Positions 62,118-64,000 of a DNA stretch of 64,000 bases are shown here, in pieces; the first letter of the stretch is position 1; each line of letters opens with the position of its first letter. Source of the stretch: Orbicella franksi (taxonomy: Eukaryota); the NCBI GenBank assembly GCA_964199315.1, contig OZ116707.1, positions 6,510,001 through 6,574,000 on the forward strand. Direction: 5' to 3'. Position numbers and translations under genes: made by a program. The notes below the pieces were generated by a model that was not told where the DNA came from, searched no databases, and saw only the letters and a program-made list of their open reading frames with translations.

Positions 62118-62263
62118 GGGTGTTTACCTCGGTGTAAAAACCTGTGAAGTTTTTCTTTTTTTGTAGCTATTGTTAGGGTTAGGGTCTATTATGTTGACTT
62201 CTTTGTTTTCTTTGTTTTACATCTCTGGTGAGTGTTACAGGTTCTTACACCGAGGATGAACCC
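62118..62263. mobile_element. 146-bp mini-MITE with GGG..CCC ends and 5-bp flanking direct repeat TCTGG
   Basis: Inverted repeat cctcggtgtaaaaacctgt (62127-62145) / acaggttcttacaccgagg (62237-62255); tctgg at 62113-62117 and 62264-62268. Confidence 0.6.
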
Positions 62264-62497
62264 TCTGGGAACTCGTCAGCCATTGTTTGGCACCTGGAAG
62301 ACGTGAATGATTTCAAACAAAATGCGTTTCTTCGATCTTAGCACTAGTTCGTCCTCTTAAAAAATTTGACTGATTGCAGTGAAACTTGAATTTATGACTC
62401 CAGCAGTAAGAAAATGTGAAGTGACTCGTCGCGAAATTAAACTAAAAACACATAATCTGGCTGACAGCGCAAAGGTGCTCTTCATTTCTTTCGGCGA

Positions 62498-62603
62498 GGA
62501 AGCTCTTGGTATATATTTTCCTGGCCTTGATTTCATGTCCAGTAACATATAGGAAGCTCTCTGTATATATTTTCCCGGCTCTGATTTCATGTCCAGTAAC
62601 ATG
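62498..62603 (+). repeat. 54-bp tandem duplication
   Basis: ggaagctct..tatatatttt..gatttcatgtccagtaacat at 62498 and 62552. Confidence 0.85.
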
Positions 62604-63187
62604 TAAAAAAAAACAAACAATTTGCGAACTAACATAACCTAATTATTCACTAACTAACTTCAACATTACTCTAACATTACTTCTTATTCTAAATCAACTC
62701 GATATGCTTTGGGTAAGAATCTGTCCAAAACATCACACTGCCATTAACAAATATAGACCTTTGGTCCAAATGCCTTTCAGATTTAATTCTTGCAGATTTT
62801 CGCCTCCAAATTCTGTTGTTATTAGCATCAAAAGACTTCATAAACAAGAATTACGCCGGTTTTGTATATAATCTGATGCACATATGACAATTGAAAATTG
62901 AACGCGCGGTAAAAGCGACCTCAACAAATTAAATACTCATGCGTTTTCGCTTTATGTTACTGGTTTTCGATTTTACAAAACATGTGAATAAACTTTAAAT
63001 AGTAAGTTAGTACAAAACAAAACCTTATACCTTGAGCTCCATCAGCTCAACAAAGTAAATCGAACCTTGAAGTTTCTTCTGTTAATCTAGTTCACTGAAG
63101 TTGTGAAAACCGTATTTACTCTAAATCAAGTAAACTTTGTGCTGATTCGACTGGTTTTAGATTGCATATTGGTCGCACTCATTTCGC

Positions 63188-63550
63188 ACAACAACAACAA
63201 TCTTTATTTCGTGCCCAGAAAAATTTTACAATAAAAATAAATACATGCAATGTGAAAAAATAACAATGAAAAACAGAGCACGGCCACTTAGAAATAGCTA
63301 AGGCTAATCGAGCTAAGTGGCTGGGCCAAGCAGAAAAAATATTGCAATAAAGTTACAGAATATATGAAAAAAAGAACAGGACACGATTTCATTCACACAC
63401 AGACACAGACACAGACACACATACAGAGAATCAAAAAGAAAAAAAATGAATGTGCACACAAAAAAATGAAAAATGAAAGTACATCAATGTACCAGTCAGT
63501 AGTTGGAGATAATCAATTCTTTTAAGAGATTTAAGAGATTTAAGAGATAT
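63188..63550 (-). mobile_element. 3' end of an L2/CR1-type LINE (stem-loop, aataaa, (GTT)n tail)
   Basis: Minus strand ends ...gaaataaagattgttgttgttgt; hairpin gccacttag/ctaagtggc at ~63283-63320. Confidence 0.6.
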
Positions 63551-64000
63551 CGATCCCCTAGACTTTCTTGGGTCCTCGCAGGCAAACAGCTTTATGCTTT
63601 TCCCTGTTTCTGCAGTAGAGATACAGAATGAAACTACTAGCCTAAACTCATCCAAGGCTTCTGGTCCTTTTAGCATTCCTGTATGCCTGCTAAAGCTATT
63701 AAAAACCTGCATATCATTTCCCTTGGAATTTATCTTTAATCTTTCCTTTAGCCGTGGGTGTGTGCCTGACCAATTTAAGATAGCTGATGTTATTCCAGTA
63801 CATAAAAAGGACTCAGTCACTTGCATGAATAACTATTGACCCATCTCACTGCTCTCCATTTTCAATAAAATCCTGGAGAAGCTTGTATACAAGAGACTTA
63901 TAACTTTTATTGACAAATATAATATTCTATATGACAAACAATTTGGCTTTAGGAAAGATCATTCCACTCTACATGCAACTCTTTTTATTACAGACAAAAT
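63550..64000 (+). mobile_element. L2/CR1-type LINE ORF2 fragment (EN-RT linker and RT start), runs off the window
   Basis: SKASGPFSIP..LLK..FNLSF..G.VPDQFKIADVIPVHKK..NNY*PISLLSIFNKILEK..QFGFRKDHST. Confidence 0.92.

Overview
AT-rich animal genomic DNA with spliceosomal introns. It is most likely a cnidarian such as a stony coral; this is inferred from the tRNA-derived repeat and the transposon repertoire, not proven. No intact conventional host gene was found. The window is almost entirely nested, mostly decayed transposable elements: two complete Gypsy LTR elements (13096-17751, old; 35723-40668, young), a 3'-truncated Gmr1-type Gypsy (integrase before RT), a DIRS element split by a LINE fragment, several L1/Tx1 and L2/CR1-type LINE pieces, and remnants of Kolobok-, Harbinger-, IS3EU-, P- and Sola-like DNA transposons, plus MITEs and satellites. 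The most unusual items are three transposase genes with unexpected extra domains. (1) 54422-57505 (-): one reading frame joining a RecQ helicase C-terminal/RQC region, a WRKY/FAR1-like Zn finger, a Mutator-type DDE core and a Tudor-like tail, bracketed by a 57-bp repeat motif in inverted orientation. (2) 2829-7834 (+): an intron-containing DDE transposase ending in a homeodomain-like module, a 9-aa repeat and a papain-fold, herpes tegument DUB-like domain. (3) 34312-45250 (+): a P-element-like transposase running into an NHL-like repeat. A palindromic tRNA-derived array with a target-site duplication sits inside a coding exon. All domain assignments come from motif recognition by eye; no database searches were run.
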